Source: Octopus vulgaris
Taxonomy: Eukaryota
Length of the DNA stretch: 64,000 bases
Direction: 5' to 3'
NCBI GenBank assembly: GCA_951406725.2
Contig: OX597817.1
Location: 150,288,001 to 150,352,000, forward strand
Shown piece after piece: positions 26,439-40,513 of the stretch. A program made the position numbers and the translations under genes. The stretch's first letter is position 1; every line of letters starts with the position of its first letter. The notes under the pieces were generated by a model that was given only the letters and a program-made list of their open reading frames with translations, was not told the DNA's origin and made no database searches.

Positions 26439-26569
26439 ATTTATTATATAGAAGGAGCTTCTACAGGACTAGAACTGTTTCATTCAAGAGAAATCTTCAG
26501 GAAGCTCCTGAAGATTTCTCTTGAATGAAACAGTTCTAGTCCTGTAGAAGCTCCTTCTATATAATAAAT
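26439..26569. repeat. Perfect palindrome (64-bp arms, 3-nt loop)
   Basis: 26439-26502 is the exact reverse complement of 26506-26569. Confidence 0.95.
26453..26509 (-). ncRNA. Type I hammerhead ribozyme (Penelope-associated type)
   Basis: Minus strand: AGGAGCUUC-CUGAAGA-u uuc ucuu gaa u-GAA-ACAG uucuaguc CUGU-A/GAAGCUCCU. 9-bp stem I, intact core, GUA cleavage triplet. Confidence 0.8.
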
Positions 26570-26635
26570 TAATTTTACTCTGCTATGTATTGAGTACCTT
26601 ATTTACTGTGGTTAACCCCGAATCAACCCGGGACC

Positions 26636-26698
<63 letters not shown>

Positions 26699-26879
26699 GG
26701 AATATGAACTATTTTTTCGAACAACGAAAGACACAAATGGAAAACAAGACAAACAACATAAAGAACGACCCGTCATCAGTTGTTGGCTGTTTTTGTACTC
26801 TCGTATTTCGAGCATTTAACAACAATATGCGCTTTTAACATTTAACAACATATGATGTAACTCGTCAGGAGGATTGACA

Positions 26880-27880
26880 CCGCTGTTACTAGACAGAGTA
26901 TCCAATAGGTGGTTGGGAACTGCGATAGGTGTCAATCCATCAACCTTTCTCCGGGTGTACATGAGCAGGGAAACATTTCGGTAGAGCACAATTGGAGACG
27001 ACTAACAGTGGATGTAGCACACTACCGGCAGGGGGCGTATCTCTCGATGGTCGACTGTGGGCCAGGTCGGAGAGCCATTTGGAGGGAATTGAGAGCAGGC
27101 ACTGCGGATGAGATAGCACGTATTCTAAACGAGGTATTCTTAGAGCGAGGCCCTGTGGACGAATTGCCGATGGACAACAGCACAGCATTTCGTTCGGAAG
27201 CGCTGTAGAAGATGCTTGACAGGTGGAAAGTGCACCGTTTCTTCAGAGCGGCATATAGGCCGAGTGGAAATGGGATCATGGAGAGACATCCTTGAGCAAT
27301 CAAGGCCATGGCAGAGAGGGGACACGTCTCGCCGCTTGAAGCAGTATTCTGGTACAACATGTCACCCCGATCAGGTCAGTCAGAAGAGTCCGTTCCACAT
27401 AGAGAGATATTCAAATATGAATGGTTGCATCTGAGTAAAGCATCGAGATGCCCTGTAGAAGAGAGAGGACCTGTCTTCGTAGAGGTGGGAGATGAAGTCT
27501 GGGTCAAGCCACCAAACTCAGTGGAACAGAGGAATAGTGACGTCTGTCAATTCCAAAAACAACATTCCTGTGGATAGAATGCCACGTTATGTCTTAGATG
27601 TTTGTAGGATTGTCGCTTCTTCGGATTATGATGGTGGAGATGAGGAAGAGAATAAGGTTCCCAGCTTAAGAAGATCACAACGTGCAATGCGCCCACCCGG
27701 GTGGGTGGTAGATTTCGGAGATCGGGGGGAGGGGGGTCGTGTGCGGATGAGCTGCAAGAAGAGGGTCATGACGTCAACGGTCAAGGGACACCAGAAGAGG
27801 AGGCGCGAGAGGGGAAGTGGGGGAGGCGAGCGTCGGGCTCTTTTTGCCCGCCGGCGGCATCTTGAACGTCATAAACATAA
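26880..27880 (+). mobile_element. Gypsy-like LTR retrotransposon integrase relic with PPT and LTR-like end
   Basis: CDRCQ...WRRLTVDVAHY...MVDCGPGR...MDNSTAFRS...AAYRPSGNGIMER (rve DDE) then VGDEVWVK...LRRSQR, with stops and frameshifts. G-rich tract near 27725. Confidence 0.85.
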
Positions 27881-28434
27881 TTGAAAATACGTTTGGCTGA
27901 TTATATATAGCAAGGGCCTCCATTGGTGAAGGTTGATCGTTTATCTGCATATCGTTCCAGAGGCCTAGACATATTTTGAAGAAGACTGGCAATTGCTGAT
28001 GCATGAAAACCTCCCTTTTACATGCTACCAATGTTTATCATAGAGAAAGACACCAATAGAATAAGAAGCAAAGTTTCAAAACAAATTACCGGGGCTTTTC
28101 CAATTGATGATGCGAGGTTATCGGCCACTAGCACCCAGACTGATCTTCCGAAGCCTCCCAAACTGCATGTTGTTAACCAGCAAAGGGCTGAGCGTCAGGG
28201 AGGCATGCAGTCTCATTCATTTGAGCGGGTGTTGGATGGCCGCTGCCGCGCAATTGAAGGGAAGAAGCGGCTGCTACATTTCCACGTTGAGAGCACAGTC
28301 GAGGCCCATTGGTGGTAGCACAAGTACTGCAGGTAGCACCCTATGAGAATTAGGGTGGGACGCTATATCGGAGACTGGAGCACTATTCAATAATGAGGAT
28401 ACTGTCATTATTGGGGTCATTTGATCGATTAAAA

Positions 28435-29020
28435 TAGTTGTTCTCAACCGGGGTCCATATAAGATTTTTGGAGTCCACACTGCAAAATAGTAAATTGGGG
28501 GATGCACAATAATATTTTAAGGACCTCTGAAAAAAGTTTGCTTTAGATATTGGTATGTATTGCAAGACACAGCAAGCATCTTACAAGTTAATGTGTTGAA
28601 AACAAAATAGGAATTTTTAAAGGAAGCTTCAATAAAACTAGTTTTTAAACATCAAATGGCTATGGAGTTCCACCAGAATAAAATAGTAATTAAAGAGATC
28701 CATACATAAAAAAAAACGTGGAGGTACATGGCCTAGTGGTTAGAGCAGCGGACTCGCGGTCGAGGGATCGCGGGTTCGAATCTCAGACCGGGCGATGTGT
28801 GTGTTTATGAGCGAAACACCCAAGTTCCACGCGGCTCTGGCAGAAGGTAATGGCGAACTTCTACTGACTCTTTCGCCACAACTTTCTCTCACTCTTTCCT
28901 ACTCTTGCATCTTGCAGCTCACCGGCGTCCCGTCCAGGTGGGGAACCTGCCCTTGTGAGCCAGGCAAGGCTCGAGAAGGAACAAACAAAAAAATACTTTT
29001 AAAATGGTTGAGAACCCCTG
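28435..29020. mobile_element. hAT-type MITE with SINE D inserted (28719-28990)
   Basis: tagttgttctcaacc ... ggttgagaacccctg termini. Confidence 0.65.
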
Positions 29021-29429
29021 GAGTAAACCCTTCATGGCAGTGCTGTAGCATGGCAGTCACCCAGTGACTGAAACAATTAAAATAATAAAAGAATAACATT
29101 CAGAAACGCATCTGCTCGGTCTGTTGCCGTTTTTATCCGGTTTTTACAACCAAAAATGCAGTGGACCATCCATACAAATACCCTGGTTGTTGTTTAATCC
29201 CCCAAATCTGTCTTAATGAAACAGATTTATGATTAAAGGGGTTCTTGTTGCGAACATTCCGTCTATTTTTGTAGACATTGTGTAGTCGAATGTGTCCCTT
29301 TGTTTTTGAGATAGTAAGATGTGACTTGAAGGAGAATTTTGCTGCTATTTTTAGCAGGTCGGGTGACCACGTTCAGACTCTTGGTTGGCTCTTCTGATGT
29401 TGTTGCTATTTCTGCAATTCATACATATT

Positions 29430-30020
29430 ACACCACTGCAGTTGCTGCTGCTGCTGCTACTACTACTACTACTACCACCACCACCACCACCACCACCACT
29501 ACCACCACCACCACCACCCCAACCACAATCAAAAACTACCACCGCCGCCGCCGTCATTTTTTTCTTTATTACTATTCCTACTCCTACCACTACTACCACT
29601 ACTAATACTAATACTACTTCTGCTGCTTCACCACCTTCATGGCCATCACTACAACTATCTCTAGGTCTGCCACTACTACCACAACCACCACCACCACCAC
29701 CACCACCACCACACTCTCCCTCTCCACCATAACTGCCATCCTCATCACCACCCCTCCTCCTCTATCGTCGTCGCCGTCACCACCACTGCATACCACACCC
29801 TCCCTTTCCTCCATAACTTCCACTCTCATCACCACCGTCGCCGGCGCCGCCGCCGCCCCCACCGCCACTGCCATCACCGTCCCTAACACCATCACTGACA
29901 GTCTCACCACCACCATCACCACCACGACCTTCGTCTTCATAACTTCTACCTTCATCATCACCACCGCCGCCGTCGCCTCCACCACCATCGTTACTACTAC
30001 TACTACTACTACTATTACAT
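29430..30020. repeat. Degenerate (CAC/TAC/GCC)n trinucleotide low-complexity tract
   Basis: Read directly from sequence. Confidence 0.9.
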
Positions 30021-30554
30021 ATATATATATATGTATATAATTCTGCCCGATCAAGGTTGGTGTGTTTAGTGGGGGCGACGATCAACGGTAACAAATTACG
30101 TGGGTTGATTTGATTAACCAGTTGTGATGCAAGATGCATTCACCGGTAGAATTTGGACTGTCTTTCTCCTGTCATATTGGTTTCTGTTTAGGTGAAAGGG
30201 AGTAGGAAACTGAGTGGGGGGGTCATTCATTTTGAAATAGTATTAAAGACCTTAATGAATAATGAAATATTCTGTTGTGTCTTTGCAAATCAAATCCAAA
30301 AACAAAATATAATGAAATAATTTAAATCAAAAATCGAAACTAAAGGTTAATTCTTATACACACTCACTGAAGCATTAAAATAAGACTTGCTTCCCCTCAT
30401 ATTCGCATATATTTGCAAGTGTTATTCAAATTTTGAAACTGAATCGAAACTATATAGCGAGTTCTGTTCATAACCAAGCTGTTTTTTTTTCTTTATTACG
30501 TTGCTTACTGGACACATAACACGTCACCCTGCTCAACACCATAACATGGTGGTA

Positions 30555-30775
30555 AGAAACGTTAGCACGCCGGGCGAAATGCTTAGCGGTATTTCGTCTG
30601 CCGTTACGTTGTGAGTTCAAATTCCGCCGAGGTCGACTTTGCCTTTCATTCTTTCGATGTCGATAAATTAAGTACCAGTTACGCACTGGGGTCGTTGTAA
30701 TCGACTTAATACCTATGTCTGTCCTTGTTTGTCCCCTCTGTGTTTAGCCCCTTGTGGGTAGTAAAGAAATAGGTA
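30555..30775 (+). mobile_element. SINE family B
   Basis: Family B body and tail ...gggtagtaaagaaatag. Confidence 0.88.
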
Positions 30776-31622
30776 ATAATATTGGCTTCGGATTTTGGCA
30801 CAAGGCCAGTAATTTTGGGGTGGAGGTGGTTAGGCGATTACATCGACACCCGGTGTATGATTGATATTTATTTTATCGACCCCGAAGTCCTGGGGTCGAT
30901 TTGCTCGACTAAAGGCGGTGCTCCAGCACAGCCACAGTCACATGACTGAAACAAGTAAAAGAGTATATATACACACACACACATATACACACATACTTTC
31001 TTTCCATCTCATTTTCTCTTACACACAAACCGTTGTCCCCCGACCCCATGCTTGTCTGCAGATGTTCATCCACATTAAACCTCACCTGGATGGGAGGGCG
31101 CTGCCCCTCCCCCTTCTCTGACTGCTTATATAAGAAAAAAAAATTCCTTATAACCATACAACCAATGTGTGTGCGTTGTCCGTGTGTGTGTGTGAGTGTG
31201 AGTGTGAGTCTATGTGTGTGTGTGAGTGTGAGTGTGAGTCTATGTGTGTGTGTGAGTGTGAGTGTGAGTCTATGTGTGTGTTGTATGTATGTGTGCATCT
31301 GTTTTACTGTATGTAGTTTGCAGGATATTCTGGAGATAAAGGTATATAGGTAAAGTGATAAAGAAGCAACGAGCGATTTCTAAAAATAAGTGAAAGTAAA
31401 CATTTTTGTCAGTAACAGAACCTAGGTACCTTTCGGTGTATCAATTTACCTGCGAGTGATTTCTTCTCTTGAAGAGAATGTAATATTTATATGCATTGAT
31501 AGAAGATATTCGTTTTCAAACGACTGACATCTAGTTGCTAGGTTCTTAGAATTGGTGCTTGCAGGGAGGGAGAGAGAGAGAGATGGAATGGGAGAGAGAA
31601 GGAGACAGGCATATAGACAAAT

Positions 31623-31675
<53 letters not shown>

Positions 31676-33004
31676 CCTACACCAAATAGACAAGGTGTAG
31701 TCTATTTTTAGTGCTGTTACTTACTCCATTCATGCTTTCTCTTCTGTTGTTGGCATTTGCACAAATTTTACTTCCGTCAGTGGATGGTAAATTCACAAAT
31801 AAACGGTGCTTGATGATCGGGCATCCTAACACACTTCATACTTGTGCCATACTACTTCGGAAAGCGTCAATAACAATGTTTTAAACTTTATTGAGGGATC
31901 AATTAGTCAAAGTGATAGATGAGTGATTGTGATATTTCCTATTTTGTTATCAATCGTGTCAACCCAATATGCGTAGCATTGCCAAAAAAACCGCAACACT
32001 AAGGCTAGCCGTTCAAGAATTTGGACCTGGAGATCTCCATTTCCAGTGACTTCGAGGGCCACTTCCCAATGGTGTCGGGCGGCAACGAAGAGCCCTCGAC
32101 TACAACAAGACGACCAAAGTTTTTTTTTCCAAGGTCTGAGGTCTCCCGCCCCTAAGCCCTAGACCATCACCTAATCACCCTTACCCGTCTTGTTGCTTAA
32201 CAACAACAACAACAACACTAAGGCTAGAATTCATTTTGAGATCCTAAAAACACTTTAGTTCTGATCAACTACTAACCCTCTACAAGACCCCGGGAAACCC
32301 TACACTGGAATATGACTCGCATCAGTTGGTCGACTTTGAGTAACGTGAAATAAAGTGTCTTACTCGACGCACCGCATAGAATTGAATTCACAACTGTGAG
32401 TTGAATACCCTAGCCTATAAGCCATGCGCCTTCATGACTTTGAAGCTCCACACACAAACATCCAAAAGTAGATCATTTAACTGAGTGGAAAATATCCTCT
32501 CCCCAACAGGCTTCAACCACTGGCTCATCAGCGGGGTCTATGTCTTTCTCTTTGCTTCATATATCTCTACAACAACGGTGTCTGTTCTTCTGAAATAACC
32601 ATCTGCTTACCTATTCTAAATAAATCTATTCACCCCACTCATCTTTATTCCTCCCAATGTCTTCTTAGCCCTGTCACACCGTATTCCCGCAATAGCAGAA
32701 ATAGGTTATACGTCATCTCTGCTGGATTTCAGGTAAATCAGTAATGAACAATACCCATAGAAAATGAAGATGCAGCCGATTTTGTTCATTAGTTTGACTG
32801 CAATCGTTACACTTGAACTGTATATGCAACTATTTATCTTTTTACTCGGGAGCCCAAGTAGAGGGTAAAGTTAGACACATGGGCCCAATTCTGAGAGAGT
32901 TAAGGCATGGGCTTACTGGGAAGATGCCTTAGGGCCCAACAGGTCTAAGGGCCTAATTCTGACCTATGTATATTGTAGCTTGCTTTCAATAAATAAATAC
33001 TATT

Positions 33005-33188
33005 TAGGCATAGGAGCGGCTGTGTGGTAAGTAGCTGGCTTACCAACCACATGGTTCCGAGTTCAGTCCCAGTGCGTGGTACCTTGGGCAAGTGTCTTCT
33101 ACTATAGCCTCGGGCCGACCAAAGCCTTGTGAGTGGATTTGGTAGACGGAAACTGAAAGAAGCCCGTCGTATATGTGTGTGTGTGTGT

Positions 33189-33238
<50 letters not shown>

Positions 33239-33447
33239 TGTGTATACGTTTGTGTGTCCGTGTTTGTTCCCCCAATATCGCTTGACAACCGATGCTGGTG
33301 TGTTACGTCCCTGTAACTTAGCGGTTCGGCAAAAGAGACCGATAGTATTAGGCTTACAAAGAAGTCCTGGGGGTCGATTTGCTCGACTAAAGGCGGTGCT
33401 CCAGTATGGCCACAGTCAAATGACTGAAACAAGTAAAAGAGTAAAAG
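33005..33447 (+). mobile_element. SINE family A, full length, inside an older hAT-like MITE (~32900-33507)
   Basis: Family A layout; the flanks end in ...gacagccctg. Confidence 0.85.
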
Positions 33448-33779
33448 ACTATAGAGCCCAGTACATTGATTTACCCAGGGGCTTATAATGCTGTTAAGAC
33501 AGCCCTGACTCCACCCGTCACTCTTATTGCATCTACTTCCCAGACACACTAAACCGTTTATGCAGTCCTTCCCCATCAAATTGCAATCCCCAGAAATCCT
33601 TTCCCAGCCACTTTTCTTCTCCCTTGCACACCGACCTACACATGAAATTAACTACATCGCAAAGTGCCCAGCTCACACTCTTCATATAAATATTGATTTT
33701 TTTAACAGGCACAAGGCTAATCTAGGAAATATTGGTTCCAAATTTTGGTACAAGGACAAGTTCGGAGGAGGGAGTTAGT

Positions 33780-34560
33780 GCTCAACTAATATTTTATCGA
33801 TTCTGAAAGGATAAAAGGTAAAGTAGACCACGGTGGAATTTGAACTCAGAACGTAAAGATGGACGAAATGCCGCTAAGCATTTCGCCCGGTGTGTTAACG
33901 ATTCTGCCAGCTCGCTGCATTAAATCTAAGCAATATTGGTTTCCCATTTTGGTACAAGGCCAGTATTTCTGGGGAGGGGTAAGTTGATTACATCTACCCC
34001 AGTGCTCAACTGGTACTTATTTTAACCACCCCTAAAAGGATAAAGGGTAAAGTCGACCTTGGCAGAATTTTAACTCAGAACGTAAAAACGGGCGAAATGC
34101 CGCTAAGCATTTCGCCCGGCGTGCCAACGTTTCTGCCAGCTCACCGCCTTGACTTCATAGAAATATTCTTTTCTACTCTAGGCACAAGGCCTGAAATTTG
34201 GGGGGAGGGGGCAGTCGATTAGATCGACCCAGTATGCAACTGGTACTTAATTTACGGACCCCCGAAAGGATGAAAGGCAAAGTCGACCTCGGCGGAATTT
34301 GAACTCAGACCATAAAGACAGACGAAATACCTATTTCTTAACTACCCACAAGGGGCTAAACACAGAGGGGACAAACAAGGACAGACAAACGGATTAAGTC
34401 GATTATATCGACCCCAGTGCGTAACTGGTACTTATTTAATCGACCCTGAAAGGATGAAAGGCAAAGTCGACCTCGGCGGAATTTGAACTCAGAACGTAAC
34501 GGCAGACGAAATACGGTTACGCATTTCGCCCGGCGTGCTAACGATTCTGCCAGCTCGCCG
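33780..34560 (-). mobile_element. Tandem array of SINE family B copies
   Basis: Four repeats of aaagtcgacctcggcggaatttgaactcaga-like sequence. Confidence 0.88.
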
Positions 34561-35157
34561 TCTTGCCTTCATAGAAATATTGATTTCTAACTGGCACAAG
34601 TCTTATCAAGGAAATATTAACATATTATTCCCGCTGAAATTAGCCGTGCCTTTCTATCGTTTTTTTTTTTTCTTTTTTAACTTATTTACTTTTGTTTCTT
34701 TATGTTTTCTGCGCAATATTCTATATCTACAAAATAATTGCAACGTGATAGCTTTATGATAACTCGAACTCACGTAATTCTAAAAGCATGACTCAAACCA
34801 TGTAGCATCCACCTGTTGTGGGATAGGTTCTGACTACTCATGAGTGAAGCGTCGATTTTTTTAATTATGTATGGCTTAGTCAGAAAAGGAAGGGCAGTAA
34901 GTACGTCTATAACGGTGGGTGGGGAGGAAAAATAACACGATGATGGGTTATCTTGACACCGGGAGACATTAAGTGGACTCTGCTAACGGCATACAAGAGC
35001 TGTAACGTAGTTGGGTGTAGGGGACAAGGGGGGCGGCCGCCCAGGGCGATGATTTTGTTGGAGCGGCACTTTTAGAAGCAATCACTACGTAGGGTGGAGG
35101 GAAAAGTTAATGGCTTGTTCGAGCGACACACAGTCTCGCTACGTCACTGTCCAAGGG

Positions 35158-35461
35158 ATACATTATGGGGCGGAGGTAAAGGACATAGACCGCATCCCTT
35201 TTCTGCTTTTTTTTCTTTTCTTTTTTTTTCTACCGAAACCCATTTTTCCGACTGCGGAGATACCGAATCTGCAAAAAAAAAATCGGTATTTTAAAATTTT
35301 TATTCCCCCTACCCCTAACCCGGTACCCTTTCAAGGGTGTTTATTTACTTTTTTTTTTTAATGAAAAATTGGAATTAAAAATTTTTAAATGCCGATTGTT
35401 TTTGCAGATTCGGAATCTTCGCAGTCGTAAAGATGTCCTTTACCTCCGCCCATTGTGGTAT
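35158..35461. repeat. Long inverted-repeat (MITE-like) element
   Basis: gggcggaggtaaaggacat / atgtcctttacctccgccc and cgaatctgcaaaa / ttttgcagattcg. Confidence 0.8.
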
Positions 35462-35549
35462 TAAAGCGAATGATAGATTGAGTTTATTATACATTTGGCG
35501 GTCAGTTAACGTAATTTTTTTTATTTTTACATAATGACTGCCCTAAAAA

Positions 35550-35880
35550 ATATTGTAATATTTCGGGACGGTCATTTGTTTTTTCTTTTCTTGCCAAACA
35601 CTATTCGTTCTTTACTCGTTTATTATTGTTCTTATACTATCTTGCATTGTCTTTCTATGGTGACACCGTAGAAAGACATAATGGACTAAACAGAACAGAA
35701 GGAGACACGTGGGATGGAAGAGTCACTGCAGAGGTTACAGGTGTGTGACGAAAGATTTCCAGACAATGGACCTAAGATAAAATAAAAACAATAATAAACG
35801 AGTAAAGAACGAATATATATATAGTGCGTGTGTTTATTTGGCAAGAAAATAAAAATGACCGTCCCGAAATATAACAATAT
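35550..35880. repeat. Long inverted-repeat element
   Basis: atatttcgggacggtcattt / aaatgaccgtcccgaaatat and ttctttactcgtttattattg / caataataaacgagtaaagaa. Confidence 0.82.
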
Positions 35881-35920
35881 CTGTTTCAACACACGATTTC
35901 ACATCAGGAATCTTACAAAA

Positions 35921-36434
35921 GGCAATGTTTCGTTTGTCGTAGCACACGTTTCCGTCGATTTCCTCCGTCGATTTCCGTAAAAAATGTAAACACTGAATCG
36001 TCCGTCCGTCCGTCCATCCATCCATCCATACATACATACATACATACATACATACACACACACACATACATACACACACACACATAGATACATACACACA
36101 TACATACACACACACATACATAGATACATACACACACACACATACATATACACATTTCTCTCTTTCACACGTTACTCTCTCTGTCTCTTCGCACACACTA
36201 ACAGAAGCACTTCACTTACACAACATACTGTCTGTCTCCCACACCCCATCAAACACACACACGAGGACTTCAAAAAGAAATTCCCTCGTCATAAAATCGC
36301 TTCCTCTTAGTCTCTTTCGCTCTCATTACTTCAAATATTCCCGCAAAGCCATATGTAAAAAAATAAAAGTTTTTTTACGGAAATCGACGGAGGAAATCGA
36401 CGGAAACGTGTGCTACGACAAACGAAACATTGCC
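35921..36434. mobile_element. Young MITE with 64-bp perfect TIRs and 5-bp TSD (CAAAA)
   Basis: caaaa|ggcaatgtttcgtttgtcgtagcacacg... ...cgtgtgctacgacaaacgaaacattgcc|caaaa. Confidence 0.9.
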
Positions 36435-37201
36435 CAAAAGGAAACGTAATGCTATAAAAATGTTGAATAAATATTATTAATGTTGAGTTGTAACGTTATC
36501 TATTTTATTTCATATCGTAAAGTTTCCTGGAAAGATCATCAAGCCATATTTGTCTTCTGGTGGCTTTACAGAACATACAAGGGTTGTGGCATATTTCGTG
36601 GTTTATCATTGCCTACCACACCACACGGAGCTTAGTTTTTAGCCTATGGGAGTAACTGAATTGAGTCTATTCAACAGGCTTCTGCACAGTTTACATCTAT
36701 AAAATTCCACTTGTGAGGCATTGGTCACCTTGAGGTTTACGGAGAAGTTACTTTCCCGAGTAACTTTGCAGCGGAATCGAACCGAGAACCATGTGGGCGC
36801 ATTTTAACCACACTGCAATACTTGCAGTTACTCGTATATTCTTAAGTAACACATAATAACAATTGTTGAGTTTAAGGAGAACATTAAGATGTTTTACTTC
36901 CGTTTTATTGTTGCCGCTCCCCTCATCCATCCTCTTTCTCTATATCATGAAGAGAAATCTTATTTCCATTCGCCGAAAGAAACCCTCAAAATATTTTAGT
37001 TTCCTCAACATTTCCAAAATTTGATAAAACTAGGCTCTTTTCTTCTGATCAGTTTGCTGGATGCTGCAATAATAGTTAAACATCAATCAAAACAAATCAA
37101 GATTTATCTGCTTTCTCATCTATTCACCACCTCTTACACTCTCTTTCCATCACGAAAACATACATAAATTTGTACTTGTACATATATCTTCCATACATTT
37201 G

Positions 37202-37340
<139 letters not shown>

Positions 37341-37900
37341 ATATTGAGGAAATCAGTTTATTTTTATTACATTGCTATTTGAGGCATGAAATTTTAAGTA
37401 ATAATTTCTTTAAATTATTACGCATATTTTTTATGCTTCATTTGCTGGATCAACATTTTCAAGTAAAGCCGTAACATCTTCAAAGCCATTTATTAAATAT
37501 AGTTTATGGGTTGCAATTGTACAAATTAAATTCAATGAAATAAAAGTATTGTAGATGGAAATAAAGCAATTTGAAAGTTAGATATCCAACAGTGTCCGTT
37601 GAAGGTGAAGCAGATAACGAGTGGAAACTTGTGCATGACACCGTCACACATAACTCGTGTTAAATGGAGACGACAGCATAAAGACTCAATTCTTTTTTCT
37701 CATATCAAAGGAACACACTTGTTCTTCTACCTCACCGTCTCTAGTCGTGAACCAACTCAACAGAAAAGAAAAAAAAACTTCAAAATTGCAGCATATGTTA
37801 GTCCTCAAATGTTCTGATGATTTACATGGTGCCGTCTGAGGGTGGGGTGGCACGTTGGGGGTAATATTAATCTATGCATTCTGTGGCTATCGATTAGTGA

Positions 37901-37939
<39 letters not shown>

Positions 37940-38979
37940 ATATAATATAATATAATACACACACACACACACATATATATATATTTATATATATATGTAT
38001 GTATGTATATTTATATATATATTCCCCCAATGCATTGCCTTGCCCTGGAAGCTTATATTGCTGTTTAACCGACCCTACCAGACCTCACGCGGTTATTTCT
38101 CTATAGAACTAACCTTCTCGAATTGGTAAAACACACACACACACACACATGCACACACACACACATACATACATAAAGTTAAGTAATAGTTCGGAATATT
38201 TAAAATATTTTGGAATATTTATTTTGTCTAGATTGATCCGTTTTTCTTTCCATTTAAACTTTCTATCTGAAATAAATTGCATTAAGGATCGCCAATTTAA
38301 GCGTGCAGCCCTGCTCCAACGTTACGCCATTTCTTAATGTTGAAATACATAACAAAAAACGAAAAAAAACATAATAAAAGCTTCTTTCATCTACAACCCG
38401 CAGATTCTGGTCCCATCGTCCATCGTCTTTTTAATATACTTACTTTTACTAATTCAACACAAAAACACTTCCCAATGAGCTGTCTTTCTTCTGCTTCTTG
38501 AAATTTATACTGCTTATCTTCATGAGACCCACAATAAACATTTCGCACAGAGTGAATTGTCAGAATAAAGACACCTGTGTTGCATCCTAAAAGAAATTCT
38601 TGGGGCGTGTTTACTTAATGGTTAGTGGAATACTGTATATTCCTAACGGATTTAAACATTGAAACAAATACATAAACGTCAGCTGGAGATTGTGTAAGCC
38701 ATTTTCATTCTCAAACACCCAAAATGTCAAATTGAACAAGTTACAGCTTTGAAATTAAATGTTAAGACGTTGTCAGACGATATGTTTTACTAAAAATCTG
38801 CTAATTTTGCTTTGCAGAATTTAATAATTAAATAAAACAGAATATTGGAAATATGCAAAAATTTAAATGAAGGAAACAGTTTTTCGTACACATTTACCAC
38901 CTCCATATATTTCAATATGTACATATATTCATTCACACACACATACACACACGCACACACATACGTACATATATATATA

Positions 38980-39207
38980 TTTCTTTACTTCCCACAAGGG
39001 GCTAAACACACAGGGGACAAACAAGGACAGACATAGGTATTAAGTCGATTATATCGACCCCAGTGCGTAACTGGTACTTAACTTATCGACCCCGAAAGGA
39101 TGAAAGGCAAAGTCGACCTCGGCGGAATTTGAACTCAGAACGCAACGGCAGACGAAATACGGCTACGCATTTCACCCGGCGTGCTAACGTTTCTGCCAGC
39201 TCGCCGC
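38980..39207 (-). mobile_element. SINE family B
   Basis: Reverse complement of family B. Confidence 0.88.
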
Positions 39208-40428
39208 CACATACGTTCATATATATGTATACACACATGTATATGTTCTTTTTATCATGCATATATTGTCTAGTAGTTTAAAATTAAAAAGAAGTTAAAC
39301 ACTCCAAAATAGCTTTCCAAAATTTTATCTGAGCAAATCAAGAAAAAAAAATTTATTGAATACAGCCTTCTATTTGTGAGGGCAAAGTGTGAAACGCGTT
39401 ACTTGGAAATGTGACCAATATCATAAAACGCTGTAAGGACCGTGCGATGCGAAGTGACGAGAATGGTTCTTCAGTACATCACACAGCCCTTACAATAAAT
39501 ACATAAATTGAATGGCACACATAAGTCCCAGAGGGAAAAAGGAGACACAACCGAAGACTTTTTTCATAACTGAAATCCTTTGACCAACCTAATTGCCTAA
39601 CATGATTTCGAAAGATTATTAACGAGTGGTCAATAATGCTGTTAGAATATTTTCTCCAAATTCATCTCAAATGATTTTTGACTTCCCATTTCTCCCTTGT
39701 GTATTTTAATCTTTTCAAACAAACGCCTGTGACAACAATACGAAAATCTCGCAGAATTTGCATTGGAGGTGCACACAGTTGTAATCATTGCATTTATATC
39801 ACTCTTAAATGTAGTAAATTTCTTTCGAATACTTATGCAACAATTACAGCTTCCTTTAAGAAGACCAACCGCTCTTAGATTATGTAGAGAATATGTGGTT
39901 TGGATGCACAAACTGTCGCCTTGTCCACTGCTCGACTTTACGATGGTCATACACTTTGGAATTAGATTTTCTGTAGCATTGAAAGGTGCCTCTAAAACAA
40001 ATAATTCTGGTGAAATTTGGCACCAATCATTCAGTAGATTGAACGAAAGATCACATCCTGCAATCTAGGAAATTTTCAGTTATCTTGAAAAATCAACAGT
40101 AAAAAAAAAGCGTAATACTACAACTATATATCAATGATGCAGGCATTCCATATCACTAAGAAATATTATAAGAAAAGATCCTATTATAATAATAGAGCAG
40201 AAAGAATTCAATGCATCATCAATGAATAACAAAAATCTCGAAATATTCAATTATTTAAGAGCTATTGATCTATCGCCCATATCTTTTTAGAATGCTTCTT
40301 CCTCCCTCCAATTTAAAATAATGCTATCTCCTTTTTACTACGTATTTTCTTTTTAGATTCATTTTTTAAAAGTAAATTTTCTTTTTCTTTTTTTTCTTCG
40401 TATATGTATTGAATAAATTTGATATAAG

Positions 40429-40513
<85 letters not shown>

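Noticed and set aside
29339-30139. Mucin-like Thr-rich or Gly/Val-rich ORFs
   Set aside because: Trinucleotide low-complexity tract open in several frames on both strands, without splice signals.
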